From Hypanus sabinus (Eukaryota): a DNA stretch of 64,000 bases. Below, in pieces: positions 25,413 through 38,800 of the stretch. Made by a program: the position numbers and the translations under genes. The DNA lies in the NCBI RefSeq assembly GCF_030144855.1, contig NC_082721.1, positions 2,418,001-2,482,000 of the forward strand, given 5' to 3'. Under the pieces are notes generated by a model. It was not told where the DNA came from. It saw only the letters and a program-made list of their open reading frames with translations, and made no database searches. Within the stretch, counting starts at the first letter, position 1, and each line of letters begins with the position of its first letter.

Positions 25413-26239
25413 AATTCAGTGTCAGCCATAGACAGTGCTCTCGACCTGCTGGTCTTGGTCACGGAGAATGGGGTTGAGAGACAATAAATCAGCCATGATG
25501 GAATGCAGGAGCAGACTCAATGGGCTGAAAGGTCTAATTATGCTTCTGACTTATGGTCATCTGGTCAAACAAGAAATTGGTCAACTGACTGGTTCTACGC
25601 CAGAATCACAACTCGTCCCGTCCAAAGTTTCCCACCACTTATGCCTTCCTTTTCCTCAAAATGTGAACCTCGAGTTTCTGGTTCATTTTCTTCTCAACAC
25701 CAACCGCTTTTCCAGATGCTGCCCAACCACCTTTCCTTTCCTCCCACTCCAGCACCAGAAGTATTTCCAGTTGCCAGACCTCTACACGCACTCTACCATG
25801 GACAAGCCCAGTTGGGAAAGGAGGAGGGTTGTATTGGGCTAGCAACCCAAACCCGTAAAAACCCAGAGCTACAGAAACGCCAACAGAAGCTGCAAAGGAA
25901 GAGGAATAATCTTTGAAGATGGGTTACACCTGGGGGCAATGTGAAAGACTGGCTCAGATTACAAAATTCTGACAAGCTGCTTTCGGCACTCAATGTAGTG
26001 GTGATGGGCCTAAGAGGACCTCTACACTTACAGTCTGGAAAAATAATCTTTACTGCTTTCCTTTACCTTCGTAGGTCTTCATTAACACCTTTCTTTGAAT
26101 ATAACTTTCAATCCCCTCCAAGTCACTCTCTCATGATGTGTTGGGATATTTGTTAATTAAATTTTAATTGCAATTAGATATGAATATTGTGTAAAATTAA
26201 TCAGATCACTCCATTGCATGCTAGAAAGTACACCACTGT

Positions 26240-26435
26240 AGTGTAGTGATTAGCAGGACACCATTACAGCTCGGGACGTCTGAGTTTTGAGTTCAACTCT
26301 GATGTCATCTGCAAGGAGTGGGTTTCCTCCAGGTGCTCCAGTTTCCTCCCACAGTCCGAAGAGGTACAGTTTAATTGTCCTGTGACTAGGCTAGGGTTAA
26401 ATCGAGGGTTGCTGGTGGAGTGGCTCAAAGGACCT
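26240..26435 (+). mobile_element. tRNA-derived V-SINE (HE1-like)
   Basis: A/B-box-like head, V-domain core GGGTTTCCTCCAGGTGCTCCAGTTTCCTCCCACAGTCC, A-rich tail. Confidence 0.65.
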
Positions 26436-27746
26436 GAAGAGCCTATTCAGCCCTGTATCTCAATAAACAAACAATAAATAGCAAAGTCTGAATACCCTTC
26501 CTTCACCGATATGGATACAGCTCATAAGGGTTTGCTGAGACCATTGTCAACCAAATTTCTAGTGCTTGGGAGAATTGCTACACATTTAATTGATTACAGC
26601 AGTGTACACTGGATAAATTCCTCTGTTGATAACTATTGCAAACTAATACATTTTTGCAGTACTGTATTACTATTAGTAATGTTCCAATTTGTTCTGTATT
26701 TCATGTAAATACATAATTTGTTAATCAGTTAGTCTTTTTTATACCTTTTTAACTAGTTTGATACTTTGGCTGATTGATGTGTCACAAGTCACTAGAATCT
26801 ACTGTATTTAAAAAAAAACTCCCAACTCCTAATTCATCTTATCAGTAACTGCTGTAAATGCCAACCCTGGGCATTCTCTCTTCTCCCCTCTCCCACTGGG
26901 CAAAAGAGACAAAAGTATGAAAGTACATATTACCAGGTTCAAGGGTCACCTCTGCACCACTTTGATAAGACTATTGACTGGACCTCTTGTACAATAAAAT
27001 GGCCTCTTGTCCTCATGATCTACTTCATTATGATCTTGCACATTATCACTTATCTGCAATTTTTCCAATTGTTCAAAATTCAAGATTTAAGTTTATTTGA
27101 TGGCTGTACAAATGGTGTTCAGCTCACTAGTCCACAGGGTTTACTCACTTCAGTGCTGAGCTGGCCCTGTAGCTGTGGCCTGTAAACATCAGCTCTTACC
27201 TCAGCGCTGAACTAGCCCTGTGGCTGTGGACTCTGCCATTAATGTTCTGTGTGCTATTTGTTTTTTTTATTGCTTGTACAGTTTGTTCTTTTCTCCCCCC
27301 CACACACTGGGTGTTTGACGGTCTTTGTTGCGTGGTGTTTTTTTTAAAATGGATTCTATTGTGTTTCTTTGTTTTGTGGCTGCCTGTAAGAAGACAAATC
27401 ACAAGGATGTATACAGTATACTGTACATACTTTGATAATAAATGTACTTTGAACTTTGTACATTTTTATTCTACATTGCTATTGTTTTATCTTGCTCTAC
27501 CTCGGTGCACAGTGCAATGATTTAATCTGTCTGAACTGTACACAAGACAAGGTTTTCAGTGTATCATGGTACGTGTGACAATAATAAACCCATACCAGTT
27601 CCAACTTAATCCCCTGGCTTTGAACAAGTCAACACACAGAAATATCCTCTCTATATCTGCCCTGATGAATCCCTGCTTAATTCCGAGACCCTCTATCAGG
27701 TCACCTCTTATCTAGCAGTGGTAGAAATGAAGGAGTGGTTCCACAC

Positions 27747-27892
27747 CCGATGCTCAATGCAGTCAGCCAGCAGAGCCACCATGAAGTTCAGACCTCCTAG
27801 ATCCACAATGTCTTGGCAGAACTCATTCCTGACAGCAAGACGCGACAGAGTGCAGCACAGCTCACTGAGGACAGTGGGGTTTTCTGTGAAAG
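27747..27892 (-). CDS. ARMC6: ARMC6 coding exon 4
   Basis: atacag|(A)[34 protein letters not shown]...CIEHR|gtgtgg. Confidence 0.95.
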
Positions 27893-28134
27893 CTGTATTG
27901 GAGAGAAAATAATTGCAATAATAAAACATCTTTCACTATACTTTGCAATCAATGCATTGTTGTAATACAAGTATGCAGGCTAATTAATTTGGGCACATCA
28001 AGCTCTCAAAGTCTGCCACTATTACATGCTAATTGAAACTCAGTTACAGACACTGTTCGTAAATGTACTGTATGGGGATGATACCTAGTTGTGTGAGGAT
28101 ATGAATCTTGAGCTGGATAGTGGATGCGGCTACC

Positions 28135-28760
28135 ACAAGACATAGGAGCATAATTAAGCCATTCTGTCCATCGAATCTGCTCCGCCATTCCATCAATGCT
28201 GACTTATTATCTCTCTCAAGCCCCATTCTTTGGCCTTGTCCCAGTAACCTTTGATGCACTTAATAATTAAGAACTTATCAACCACCACTTTAATTACGCT
28301 CGATGTCTTGGGCTCCACAGCCATCCACGGCAATGAATTCCACCGATCCATCACACTCTGGCTAAGGAAATTCTTCCTCATCTCTGTTCTAAGTGGACAT
28401 TCTTCTATTCCGAGGCTGTGCCCTCTGGTCTTAGATTCCCCCACTAAAGAAAACATCCTCTCTACAACCATTCTATCTAGGCCTTTCAATAAGTTTCAAT
28501 GACAACCCCTCCCCCCCCCCAAATCTTCTAACCTTCACCGAGTACAGGCACAGAGCTATTAAATTCCTAGGATCATTCTCAGGAATGTCAATAGACAATA
28601 GACGCAGAAGTAGACCATTTGGCCCTTCGAGCCTGCACCACCATTCTGAGATCATGGCTGATCATCTACTATCAATACCCGGTTCCTCTGGACCCTTTCC
28701 AATGGCTGCACATTCTTTCTTAGATAAGGGGCACAAGACTGCTCATCATGCTCCAAGAAA
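28135..28760 (-). mobile_element. CR1 LINE 3' fragments
   Basis: MKGLDR...TRGHSL...FLSQ.V...WNSLP on the minus strand. Confidence 0.75.
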
Positions 28761-28769
28761 GCAACTAAG

Positions 28770-29500
28770 TCAACCTCTCACTCAATGGCAGCCAAGGAGC
28801 TAATTATTGACTTCAGAAGGAAAGTGGAGGTCCATGAGCCAGTCCTCACTGGGGAATCAGACGTGGAGAGTGTCAGCAACTTTCAGTTCTTGGGTGTTAT
28901 CATTTCAGAGGATCTGTCCTAGGCCAAGAACATAAATGCAATTACAAAGAAAAAAATGGCAAGAGTTCTAATTCCTTAGAGGTTTGTGAAGATATAGCAT
29001 GACATCTAAAAGTTTCTGCTAAAATTCTATAGACGTGCAGTGGAGAGATATTGACTGGTTGCATCACAGCCTGGTATAGAAATACCAATCCCCTTAAATG
29101 GAAAAACCTACTAAAAGCAGTGGATATGGCCTAGTCCATCACCATTAAAGTCCCCCACACCAATAAGCACATCTACACAAAACACTGTTGTAGAAAAGCA
29201 GCATCCATTATCAAGGACCCCCACACCTCTGGCCAGATCTCTTCTCATTCTGCCAAAAGGAAAGAAATGTAGGAGCCTCAGGAACCATATCACCAAGTTC
29301 AGAAACAGTTATTACCCCTCAACCATCAGGCTATTGAACCAAAGGGGATAACTTCACTTGCCCATCATTGAAATGTTCCCACAAACAATGAATTCACTTT
29401 CAAAGACTCTTCATTTCATGTTCTCGATATTTATTGCTTAGTTATTATTTTCTTTTGTATTTGCCCAATTTGTTGCCTTTAGCACATTAGTTGTTTGTCT
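28770..29500 (+). mobile_element. Rex1/Babar- or L2-type LINE 3' fragment
   Basis: AAGGAGCTAATTATTGACTTCAG (KELIIDF), VESVSNFQFLGV-like segment and the shared 3' end. Confidence 0.65.
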
Positions 29501-29761
29501 GTACTGTTGTACAACAAATCGTGCAAATATAAAAGAAAAAACAAAATAATAATAAATAAACGAGATTGAGCACACCTGAATGGACAAGGAACTCAAACTC
29601 ACTAACTCACTGTTTTGCTCTAAATTTGCATAATCGTTTGTAATTTATAACCTTTTATTATGTATTGCAATATACTGCTGCCACAAAACAAAAAAAAATC
29701 ATGACTTTTGTCAGTGATATTAAATCTGATTCTGATTCAATAGGTGAATTAGTACCGGAAC

Positions 29762-30332
29762 CTTTTGCAGCTTCGATGATGACCTGAAGTCCGTTGTTCT
29801 CCATCACTATCATCTTTGCGTGATCATGGGCGTGGCCAAAGGGCACTCGGATGTCATCGTCATAGGTCATGACCCTTAGGACACCAGCCGCCTCTCTGAC
29901 CACGTCAGCACTGGTGCCATGGCTGACGATAGCACCAGTCAGCAGTGGCAGCACACCACACTGCACCAGGTCTTGCCGGTTCTGCTCGTGCTTCAGGCAG
30001 CCGTGATGAATGGCACGGAAGGTGGCTGCATTCAGAACGGCCAGCTCCTGATGCTGCTTTAAAATGTCCAGGAGGAGGTGCTGGCCCTCCAAGTCCAGGA
30101 GGTCCGGCTGACCGTCCAGAAGAGCAGCCAAGGCCTGGACTCCCTTCAGCAGGCGTGGGCCATCGGACATCATTGTTCTGCAGGAGGACAGCACTGTGGC
30201 ATAAGCAGACTTCTCAGCTGCCAGATGGCGGTGAGCAAAATTAAGGCTGCACTGTTCGGTAAAATTAGTCAGGTGTTCCTCCATTTCATCAAGAGCCAAC
30301 ATATCCAGAGCTTTCTGAAGATGATCCAGTAC
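29762..30332 (-). CDS. ARMC6: ARMC6 coding exon 3 (571 nt)
   Basis: ttatag|VLDHLQKAL...DGQPDLLD...CLKHEQNRQDLV...MTYDDDIRVPFGHAHDHAKMIV...IEAAK-G|gt; phases 0/1 fit the neighbouring exons. Confidence 0.93.
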
Positions 30333-30439
30333 CTATAAACACACAATCAGTCAATTGATAACTCTAAAACAAAGTGTTTATAAAGAACTACTACCATAAT
30401 ATGGGATGACAGAATAGCACAGCAGTTAGCATAATGCTA

Positions 30440-30940
30440 TTGGGGTGTATGGGGTATCCAGGGAGAGTATCACCACTGGTGAAGGGGCTCGTTGTGTCCA
30501 TTCCTGGGCAACTCACTCATCTTTGGTCCCCACCAGACACTCAGCTCTCAGCTGTGGCTCTGAGTAGCTGTTTGCATGTCACAGCAGAAACATACCAGTA
30601 CACTGCTTTGACAGGTGGGCTAAACCAGCTGAGGGTAGCCAGTAGTCTCATACCCTAGTGAGATGGGACATTCCTGTCGTAAATATGAAGTCAGCTCCAG
30701 CGGACTGGGCAGATGAGATCCAATGACCAAGAAGGCTGTTTTGCAGCACTTCATGGAAACATGGCAAGGCACAAAAGTAGTCATGGTCATCCACTGCAAC
30801 CAAGGAAGACCCCATTTGTGACGACTTTTTATACCACTGGACCCAGACTTCTGACATTGAGAGAGTGGCACTGCCCCAGCGCAATGGCCTTTACACTCTA
30901 AAAGCTCTCCCGCACAGGTTTCACTGTCATTGTTGGATAT
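30440..30940 (+). mobile_element. Non-autonomous RTE-like element inserted into a V-SINE head
   Basis: Splits a SINE head (…GTTAGCATAATGCTAT / GACAGCGCC…GGTTCAATT); homologous to the inverted insert at about 11852-11990. The family assignment is tentative. Confidence 0.4.
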
Positions 30941-32713
30941 GACAGCGCCACCAACCCAGGTTCAATTGCCACCACTGTTTGTTTTTCCCATGACCACTTT
31001 CCTCCAGATGCTCCGGTTTCCTTCCATGTTCCAAAGGTGTTCAGGTTAGGGGCAGTAAGCTGTGGGTATGCTGTGCTGGTGCCGGAAGCCTGGTGACTCT
31101 CGTGGGCTGACCCCAGCGCATCCTCAGACTGTGTTGGTCATTGGCACAAACAGTGCATTTCACTCTGTGTTTCAATGTTTCGAAATAATAAATAAAGCCA
31201 ATCTTAAAAAAAAAACATGTCACAGAACCTGCTGATAAAATTTGACAGAGGAAAGGGTCAACAATATCACCTGACACAGGACAATCAAGTATTATCATAT
31301 TATCATCACAGAAGAGAGGCAATGGAGGCTAATGAAGAGATTCACACACAAAATGCTGGAGGAACTCAGAAGGTCAGCCTGCATCAATAGAGAGGAATAA
31401 ACAGTAGATGTTTCAGTCTGAGACCCTCCATCAGGACAGGAAAGGAAGGAGGAAGATGCCAGAATAAGGTGGAGGGAAGGAAAGGAGGACAAGCTAGAAG
31501 CAAGTGGGTGAGGGAGGGAGTTGAAGTAAGAATCCAGGAGGACTAGATGAAGAGCCTGATAAGAGAGGAGAGTAGACCGTGAATGAAAGGGAAGGAGAGG
31601 CACCAGGGGGAGGTGATCGGCAGGTGAGGAGAAGAGGTAAGAGAGGCTAGAAAGATTGTCTCCATTGAAGAGCCTGTGGGTTTCCTGCCATAGTCCAAAG
31701 ATGTACTGGTTAGTAGGTTAATTGGTCATTGTAAATCATCCTGTGTTCAGGCTAGAGTTAACTCGGAGGGTCGCTGGGTGGTGGGGCTCATTAGGCTGTA
31801 TTTCTGAATAAATAAATAAAGTATCACTGAAGAGGGCAAAGAGGGAACAAAGTGATGTGGTTGCAATAGTGAGAGATGCAATTCCCAACTCAGACCACAG
31901 AGTCTGATTGCAGAGAGAAACAGGATATAAACATGCACGAGACTGAGAGACGTAGATGAGGAGAAAAGGAATAGAGTGGACAGCCACAGAAGTTTGTCCA
32001 GAGCAGGAATAGCTAATACGAGGGGATATAATTTTAAGGTGATTGGAGCGGTACAGGGTGGGGGAAGAGAATGTCAGAGGTAGATATTTTTTTAAAAACA
32101 CAGTGGGTGGAAGAAGTGTGGAAAGTGCTACCAAGGGTGGTGGTAGATGCAGATATGGATATTAGGGACATTAGGAATGCAATACCAGGCGTGAGCATAG
32201 GGCAGATATGTTAGGGACACTTAAGAAACTCATAGATAGGCATGTGGACGATGAGAAAAATGGAGGGCTATGTGGGAGGGAATGGTTAGATTGATTTTGG
32301 AGTAGGTTTGGAATGGCTAGATTGATTTTGGAGTAGGTTAAAAGGTCAACTCGTCATGACTGAAGAGAGGCTGAAGAGCCTGTACTGTTCTACATTCTAT
32401 ACAGATAAGACTGGTGGAAGTGGCAAGAGCATGTGTTAATTGTTAATTAACAATGGAAAGGCAATTAGTGATGAAGCAGCAACTGAAGTGTTGAAGATAA
32501 ATGTTTTAAATCAGACTGGGCAGTGATAAAATTGTTCCTGGTAGTCAGATATTTGAGTGGGCCAGGTTGGTGAGGTGATTTATTTTATTAAACTTTAATT
32601 TTAGAAAAGGAAATGCTAGCACAAGAACATTTACCAAGTGTACGTTTTTTAAAAATTTCAATGGGTTTATTTAAATCACAGGTGAAACGTGCTCTTTGTG
32701 CATACTCTCTTAC

Positions 32714-32793
32714 CTGTAGGACATGGTGCTTCGGGTTGCTATCATCAGATGTAAAATTCTGCACAGTTTTCACCACATTGACAAGATCAACAC
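32714..32793 (-). CDS. ARMC6: ARMC6 coding exon 2
   Basis: cctacag|(G)VDLVNVVKTVQNF...HHVLQ|gtaaga; phase 1/0. Confidence 0.93.
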
Positions 32794-34889
32794 CTGTAGG
32801 GAGTCAGAGGAAATTAAAGGTTCCCAGCATAGAGGCAGTATGAGTCTTGCCCAATGGGTATTTGTTCAATTACTCTGCCCTGAACATTGAAAGCTGCTTG
32901 GTTGTATTGTTTAGTACGGCCATTCGAATATTGTAAGAAACTGCACACTACCCAGTACATCACAGGCTCATCCCCCCCTCACCATCACTAGTATTTATAA
33001 AAGGCAACATCCATCAAAGATCCCATGTCACCTTCTCAAAGTTCCCATTGGGTAAGAGGTGCTGAATCTGAACCTGATGTCCCACACCACCAGCAACATC
33101 TACCTCCTTCAACCATTCAGTGCTTGAACAAGCTGGCAAAACCTTAAACTCAAGTTTAGCAACACAGTGAACACTTTGATAACTTTGCACTGAAACAGGT
33201 TTATTATTGTTCTAATTGTGTTCTTTATTGATTTCCACACATGACAGTAAACTCAATGACTTTATCAACATCAGATGATGAAAATCTGAAATAAAAACAA
33301 AGAAAAACACTCAGATCATGTTGCTCTATTGAAAGAGAAGCTAATTCATCTTATCTAGTAAAAAGAGAAAATAAGTTTGTTTTAAATCCAGAGCAACACA
33401 TAGAAGATTCTGGAGAAACTCAGCAGACCAGGCAGCATCTATGGAAATGAATAAACAGTCGACGTTTTGGGCCAAGACCATCAGGACTGGAAAGGAAGGG
33501 GAAAGATGCCAATATATGATGGGGGGAGGTGAAGGAAGAAGTTACAGGGAGGGCAAGGTGGGGCTGGATAGGACAAAGGGAAAACACAAAAATAATCAGA
33601 CAAATCTGGGTTTTTATGATGCCTGTATAGCAGATGTTCGAGAATATTGGTTGTCAATCACATTAATATCCTGATACTTTCATTTCAATTTTACATGTTA
33701 CAGGACATGCCTGCTTCTCTTTGCTGCCATCATGGAGGAGGTACAGAAACCTGAAGACACACACTCAATATTTCAGGAACAGCTTCTTTCCTCCGCAATC
33801 AGATTTCTGAACAGATGATGAACCCATAAACATGACCTATTTTTTTGCACAACTCACTTAATTTGATTTTGTATATACAGATCTTATTGTGATTTCTAGT
33901 TTTATTTTAAAATTATAACTAAGGTAAAACATCGCATTTCACAACATATGATATTAAACGATTCTGATTTGCTCAATATTCTGGAGAAATCAGTGAGTTT
34001 ATGGGAGCAGAAAAGAGAACTCTGGTGAATTTAGGAGCTTGGGAAAATGGCACTTGGTGATTATAAAGGCAGCACTGTGAGTACAGTGAGACTGCTGGGT
34101 TGAAAGGGAGCACAGCCCTTGAACTAAAGTGAATTATAAAGACATGATGTAAAAGAAACAATGCTTGGCAAGATATTTTGGCAAAGTAGAAGAATGCGCT
34201 TAAGCAGAAAACTGATCCTAATGCACCAACCATCAGGATCACCAAACAATCACACCCTAGAAATACTGGAGGATTTCTGTTACGGTGAGACCAGGGGCAC
34301 CTCCACTTCCTCAGGAGATTGAGACACCGCCTGCACCCCCATTCTAACTCATTTTACAGGACATCTGAGTCCTGACTGTGATTTGAACCACAAGGCATCT
34401 GACAAGGATTGCAAGGACTGCTGAGAGGATCCTCAGGATTGTGAGGGGCTGCTAACAGGATCATTGGGATTGCAAACAATTGCGAGGACTGCTTTGAAGT
34501 CTCTCTTCCACCATTAGAGTCATTTATCAGGTGTGCTGTATACACGGGGCCCTTAGCATTGTCAATGATCCTTCCCACCTGTCCAACAATCTCTTTGGCC
34601 CCCTACTATCAGCCAGGAAGTACCGTAGCACAAGGACAAGAACTGTTAGGTTGGAAAACAGCTTCTTCTACTGAACTCCCTGCCATCACCCAGGTCTCAG
34701 TGCGTATGAAGTGCAGGTAACATTATACTGTTTACTTTTTAACTTGAGTCATAAATTCACCTCATTATTTGTAAATTTATTTGTAGTAATATTACTTTGT
34801 GTTGTGTGTAAGTACCGTGTTGTGCACGTTGGTCTGAAGCAACATTGTTTCGCTTGGCAGTATACATGCGGTTCCTCAAGGTTGTTATA

Positions 34890-35435
34890 GCTGGGGGTGG
34901 TAATGGGGACAAGCTCGCACTACCTTTTAAATGCTCCCAATGGCACACACCTCTGACAACCAAGTCCAGCCACTGGCCTTCTCGTGTGGTTTAGCTACAA
35001 AGCCCGGTGGAACCGTTTCTACTGACAGGAGAAGGGACAAAGGCGGGTTAGTGGTGCCTTAAAACCAATCGCTTCATCGGACATTGTTGGCAGCTCATCT
35101 GGAAGAAGGAAAACTCTGGTCTCAAACCTCCACTGCCTTGTGGCTATACACACTCAAGGGGAAGGCTTCAGGAGTAAACCCTAAGGGAAAATCCAGAGCT
35201 GGAGCCCCTAAAGCAATTCTACATTAAGTACAATATTGACTGGCAACTCCTGTGATGCTGCTAGTGCCGAACTGTATCGGTCTCCGTCGTTCCTTTGGGT
35301 TCATCAGATGCGTGAAGAGGAGGAGCTTGCTACATGGGCAACAGTTTGCTGTCCATATCGTACTGCCCTGGCTTGCATACCGAGAGAGCCAGGATTCAAT
35401 ATTCATGGTCAACTCTGACCGAGGGAGGCCTCATA
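34890..35435 (+). mobile_element. RTE-like non-autonomous repeat
   Basis: GC-richer insert resembling RTE 5'-UTR-derived elements (GAAGGAAAACTCTG…AAACCTCC…GTAAACCC). Tentative. Confidence 0.35.
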
Positions 35436-37097
35436 CTCAGACAAATATCAAGTTCAAGTTCAAATTGATTTTTATTATCATTTCGACCATAACTGCTGGT
35501 ACAGTACACAGTAAAAATGAGATGTTTTTCAGGACCATGGTGTTACATGAACAATACAAAAACTACACTGAACTACGTAAACCAACACAAAAACTAGACT
35601 ATAGACCTACCCAGGACTGCATAAAGTACACAGAACAGTGCAGGCATTACAATAAATAATAAACAAGACAATAGGCACAACAGAGGGCAGTAGGTTGGTA
35701 GTCCGATGGCTTGGGGGAAAATCTGTTACATAAATAAACAGCTGAATGGCGGCGTTAGGGGGATTCAGTCCATTTCTGTCCTCTCGCCAAGTATTTCGTT
35801 GCCACAGATGTAGTCCAATTTAATGTCCATTAGAGAGCAGAATGGACGGGAGGGCCTGCTTTTTTCCTGGCACGGACTCCCGCCCACTCACCTCACTTCC
35901 GCTTCCTCGCACACTGCCTACAATGTCCCCAACTCTGGCCACCAGCATCAAGCGACTCCGAGGACTGCAGGCCCAATTCCCTCAGTAAGCCGAGGTCGCA
36001 CAATCTAACCAGCAGATTTTCATGAAGGTTTGTTTTTGGGCGATCTCTGCATTGTAGCAGTATCTGGTGATGGTAGATAGTTGCTCTGTTATTCATTGCC
36101 CTAAACCCTAATTGTGCCTTAAAATTAAATTTTAATTTAAGATTAAAATTAAAAAACTAAATTAAAGTAGGACCAGATCCAAAAGGCCGGTGCTGCCGTG
36201 TGCTGCGCTGCCTTTATGTGTAGGGTTGAATGACAATAAAATGAATTTAAACTTGAGTTGCTGTGGTGTGAAGCGGTTGATGGCCAGCTAGTCGATAAAT
36301 TAAAGAAGCTGGTTAGAAAGAGGACATTAACAGAGGAACAGGAAAAAGCTGTGAGATGCAGAGCTGTAGGTAATGCCCAGCAGGTCCAGATGCACTAGTG
36401 TATAGAGAAAAACTAAGTCAACCTTACTGGTCAAACTGCTGGAGGAACTCTGTGGATTAAGCAGCGTCTGAAGGGGGAAAAGAAATTATTGAGGTTTCAG
36501 GTGAAGACCCTGTATCAGATGTGAAGGGTGCAGTAAAGAAGAGAACAGAAGGAGTGAGACAGAGGAAGAAGCACATGGAATTTCAGGGAGGTGAGGGTGA
36601 AGGTGCCAATACAGATAAGTGGACCACATGTTCTGAAATCTGGAAACTAAGGAAAAAGCGATAATGGGAACCGTTAAAGGAGAGAACCAGATGGAGGAGA
36701 GATAAATGGGTAAACTGTGGGGGTGGTGAGTGGGTGGATGGGAAGGGCCAAAAATGGGAGGTGGGGTACTGGAAAGGAGGGAATGAAAAGGGAACAAAAA
36801 TGAGAACATGTGGAAGCAGAGCAAGAAGAAAGGAGGTAAGAGCACTGAAACTTTTAAATTCAATGTTTACACCACTGGCTTGTAGACAATTCAGATATTA
36901 TATAAGGAGTTGTCCCTCTGCACTCTGGCACTGGAGAGGTAAAGGGACAAATAGGTTGGTGAGGGAATACGAAGGGGAATTGAAATGGCATATAACTGGG
37001 AGTTGAAAAGGCCACATAGCAGTCAATATCACAGAACAACCAGACAGTTCAAAAATGAACAGGGTTCCCTGAAATTGAAAACGTTGAAATCAAGTTC

Positions 37098-37620
37098 TGG
37101 TCTCCATACTTGAGGAAGGATATACTGGCTTTGGAGGCAGTGCAGAGGAGGTTCACCAGGTTGATTCCAGGGATGAAGGGGGTAACCTGTGAGGAGAGAT
37201 TGAGTCGCCTGGGACTATACTCTCTGGAGTTCAGAAGAATGAGAGGGGATCTTATAGAAACATACAAAATTTTGAAAGGGTTAGATAAGATAGTAGGAAA
37301 GTTGTTTTCATTGGTAGGTGAGACTAGAACTAGGGGACATTGCCTCAAGATTCAGGGGAGAAGATTTAGGACAGAGATGAGGAGAAACTGTTTTTCCCAG
37401 AGAGTGGTGAATCTGTGGAATTCTCTGCTCAGGGAAGCAGTTGAGGCTTCTTCACTAAACATATTTAAGATACAGTTAGATAGGTTTTTACATAGTAGGG
37501 GAATTAAGGGTTACGGGGAAAAGGCAGGTAGATGGAGCTGAGTTTACGGACAGATCAGCCATGATATTGAATGGTGGGGCAGGCTCAATGGGCTGATGGC
37601 CTACTCCTATTTCTTATGTT
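37098..37620 (+). mobile_element. Young 5'-truncated CR1 insertion
   Basis: Uninterrupted 143-aa ORF2 C-terminus (RKDILALEAVQRRFTRLIPGM...GEKAGRWS*) plus 3' UTR; candidate TSD ATCAAGTTC / ATTAAGTTC. Confidence 0.9.
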
Positions 37621-37840
37621 ATTAAGTTCCAAACTCTATTAACAGCCAGAGTGGAGGGTGATGGGTTCTTTCACAGGGCAGGAGGCCAATGACAGGTCAG
37701 GGTGGAAGTGGGTGAACAACTAAAGTGGCAGAGGTGTGGAAACTCTGAATGGCCATGCTGAACACCCAATGTGCATTTGATATCTCCAAAGAGGAGGAGG
37801 GATTCAAAACAGGGAATGCCAGGATAAAGACTTCACCTAC

Positions 37841-37961
37841 CTTGTGACTCAAACTGTTGTATTGCCTCTTTCAAAGCCTCCTCTGGTTCCATCTCAAACT
37901 CAATCATGTTTTCTCGCACCACATTATCAAACGTCTCCTGAGTAATTCGTCTGCTCGCCAT
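37841..37961 (-). CDS. ARMC6: ARMC6 first coding exon
   Basis: [41 protein letters not shown]|gtaggt matches the ARMC6 N-terminus (absent from the ORF track). The seven exons total 1401 nt = 466 aa + stop. Confidence 0.93.
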
Positions 37962-38184
37962 TCTTCCAGAATCTCACTTTCGGCAACTGTGATAAGATTG
38001 CAAACTAAATGTACATGAACGAAATTTAAAAACGTTTACTTTTTTTTTAAAGAATGTTGAAGGTTTAACTAGGACAGGTATGTAACATCTTTTTTTCAAA
38101 TATTTCAAGGTGGATATATATTTCAGACACCCCCACCCCTCATATAGCTTAATCTAGTCTACCACAGCTTCAAGTTGCAGAGGA

Positions 38185-38598
38185 ATGGGTCGGGGTGAGG
38201 AAGGGAAGGGCGGGCCGGGATGGGTTAAGGGGATGAGGGATGAAGGAGATCGGGGAGCCCGGGCCGGATTGGAATGAGCTGGGGAGGGGGGTGGGAATGA
38301 GTGAAATCGGTGGTTGTGCTGGCAGGGTTGAGGTGAGATAAGGAGGATGAGGGATGAGATATGAGGGAGATCGGGGAGGCCGGGCCGAGATGGGATGGGG
38401 GGGGGGTGGGAATGAGTGAAATCGGTGGTTGTGCTGGCAGGGTTGGGGTGAGATAAGGAGGATGAGGGATGAGATATGAGGGAGATCGGGGAGGCCGGGC
38501 CGAGATGGGATAAGGGGGGGTGAGGGATGAGTGAAATCGGGGATGTGCTGGCAGGGTTGGGGGTGAGATAAGGTATGAGGGAGATCGAGGAGGCGTCG
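38185..38598. repeat. G-rich ~113-bp minisatellite (~3.5 units)
   Basis: Repeats of GAGTGAAATCGG...GTGCTGGCAGGGTTG..GTGAGATAAGG...GAGGGAGATCGGGGAGGCCGGGCCG. Confidence 0.9.
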
Positions 38599-38639
38599 GT
38601 ACCTCCACAAACAGATAGATGAATTTGCCCCTTTATCCA

Positions 38640-38800
38640 CTTCAGCACCGCCGACTGTGCAACACCTTTCCCTTCCCCTCTCCCCACCCACCGGGTCTCC
38701 GTGAACGGCCGATTGGTTCCTATGCAAGGCGGAACATTTGCCAAACGCACTCACTTCCGGCTCTATTCCTAACGGTACAAGCACGACAGAAGGGAGGGCG
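38640..38800 (-). promoter_or_regulatory. Probable ARMC6 promoter / non-coding first exon
   Basis: CpG-rich; ATTGG at about 38712; ETS motif CCGGAAGT (minus) overlapping a GTGAGT donor at about 38749-38760. Confidence 0.55.
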
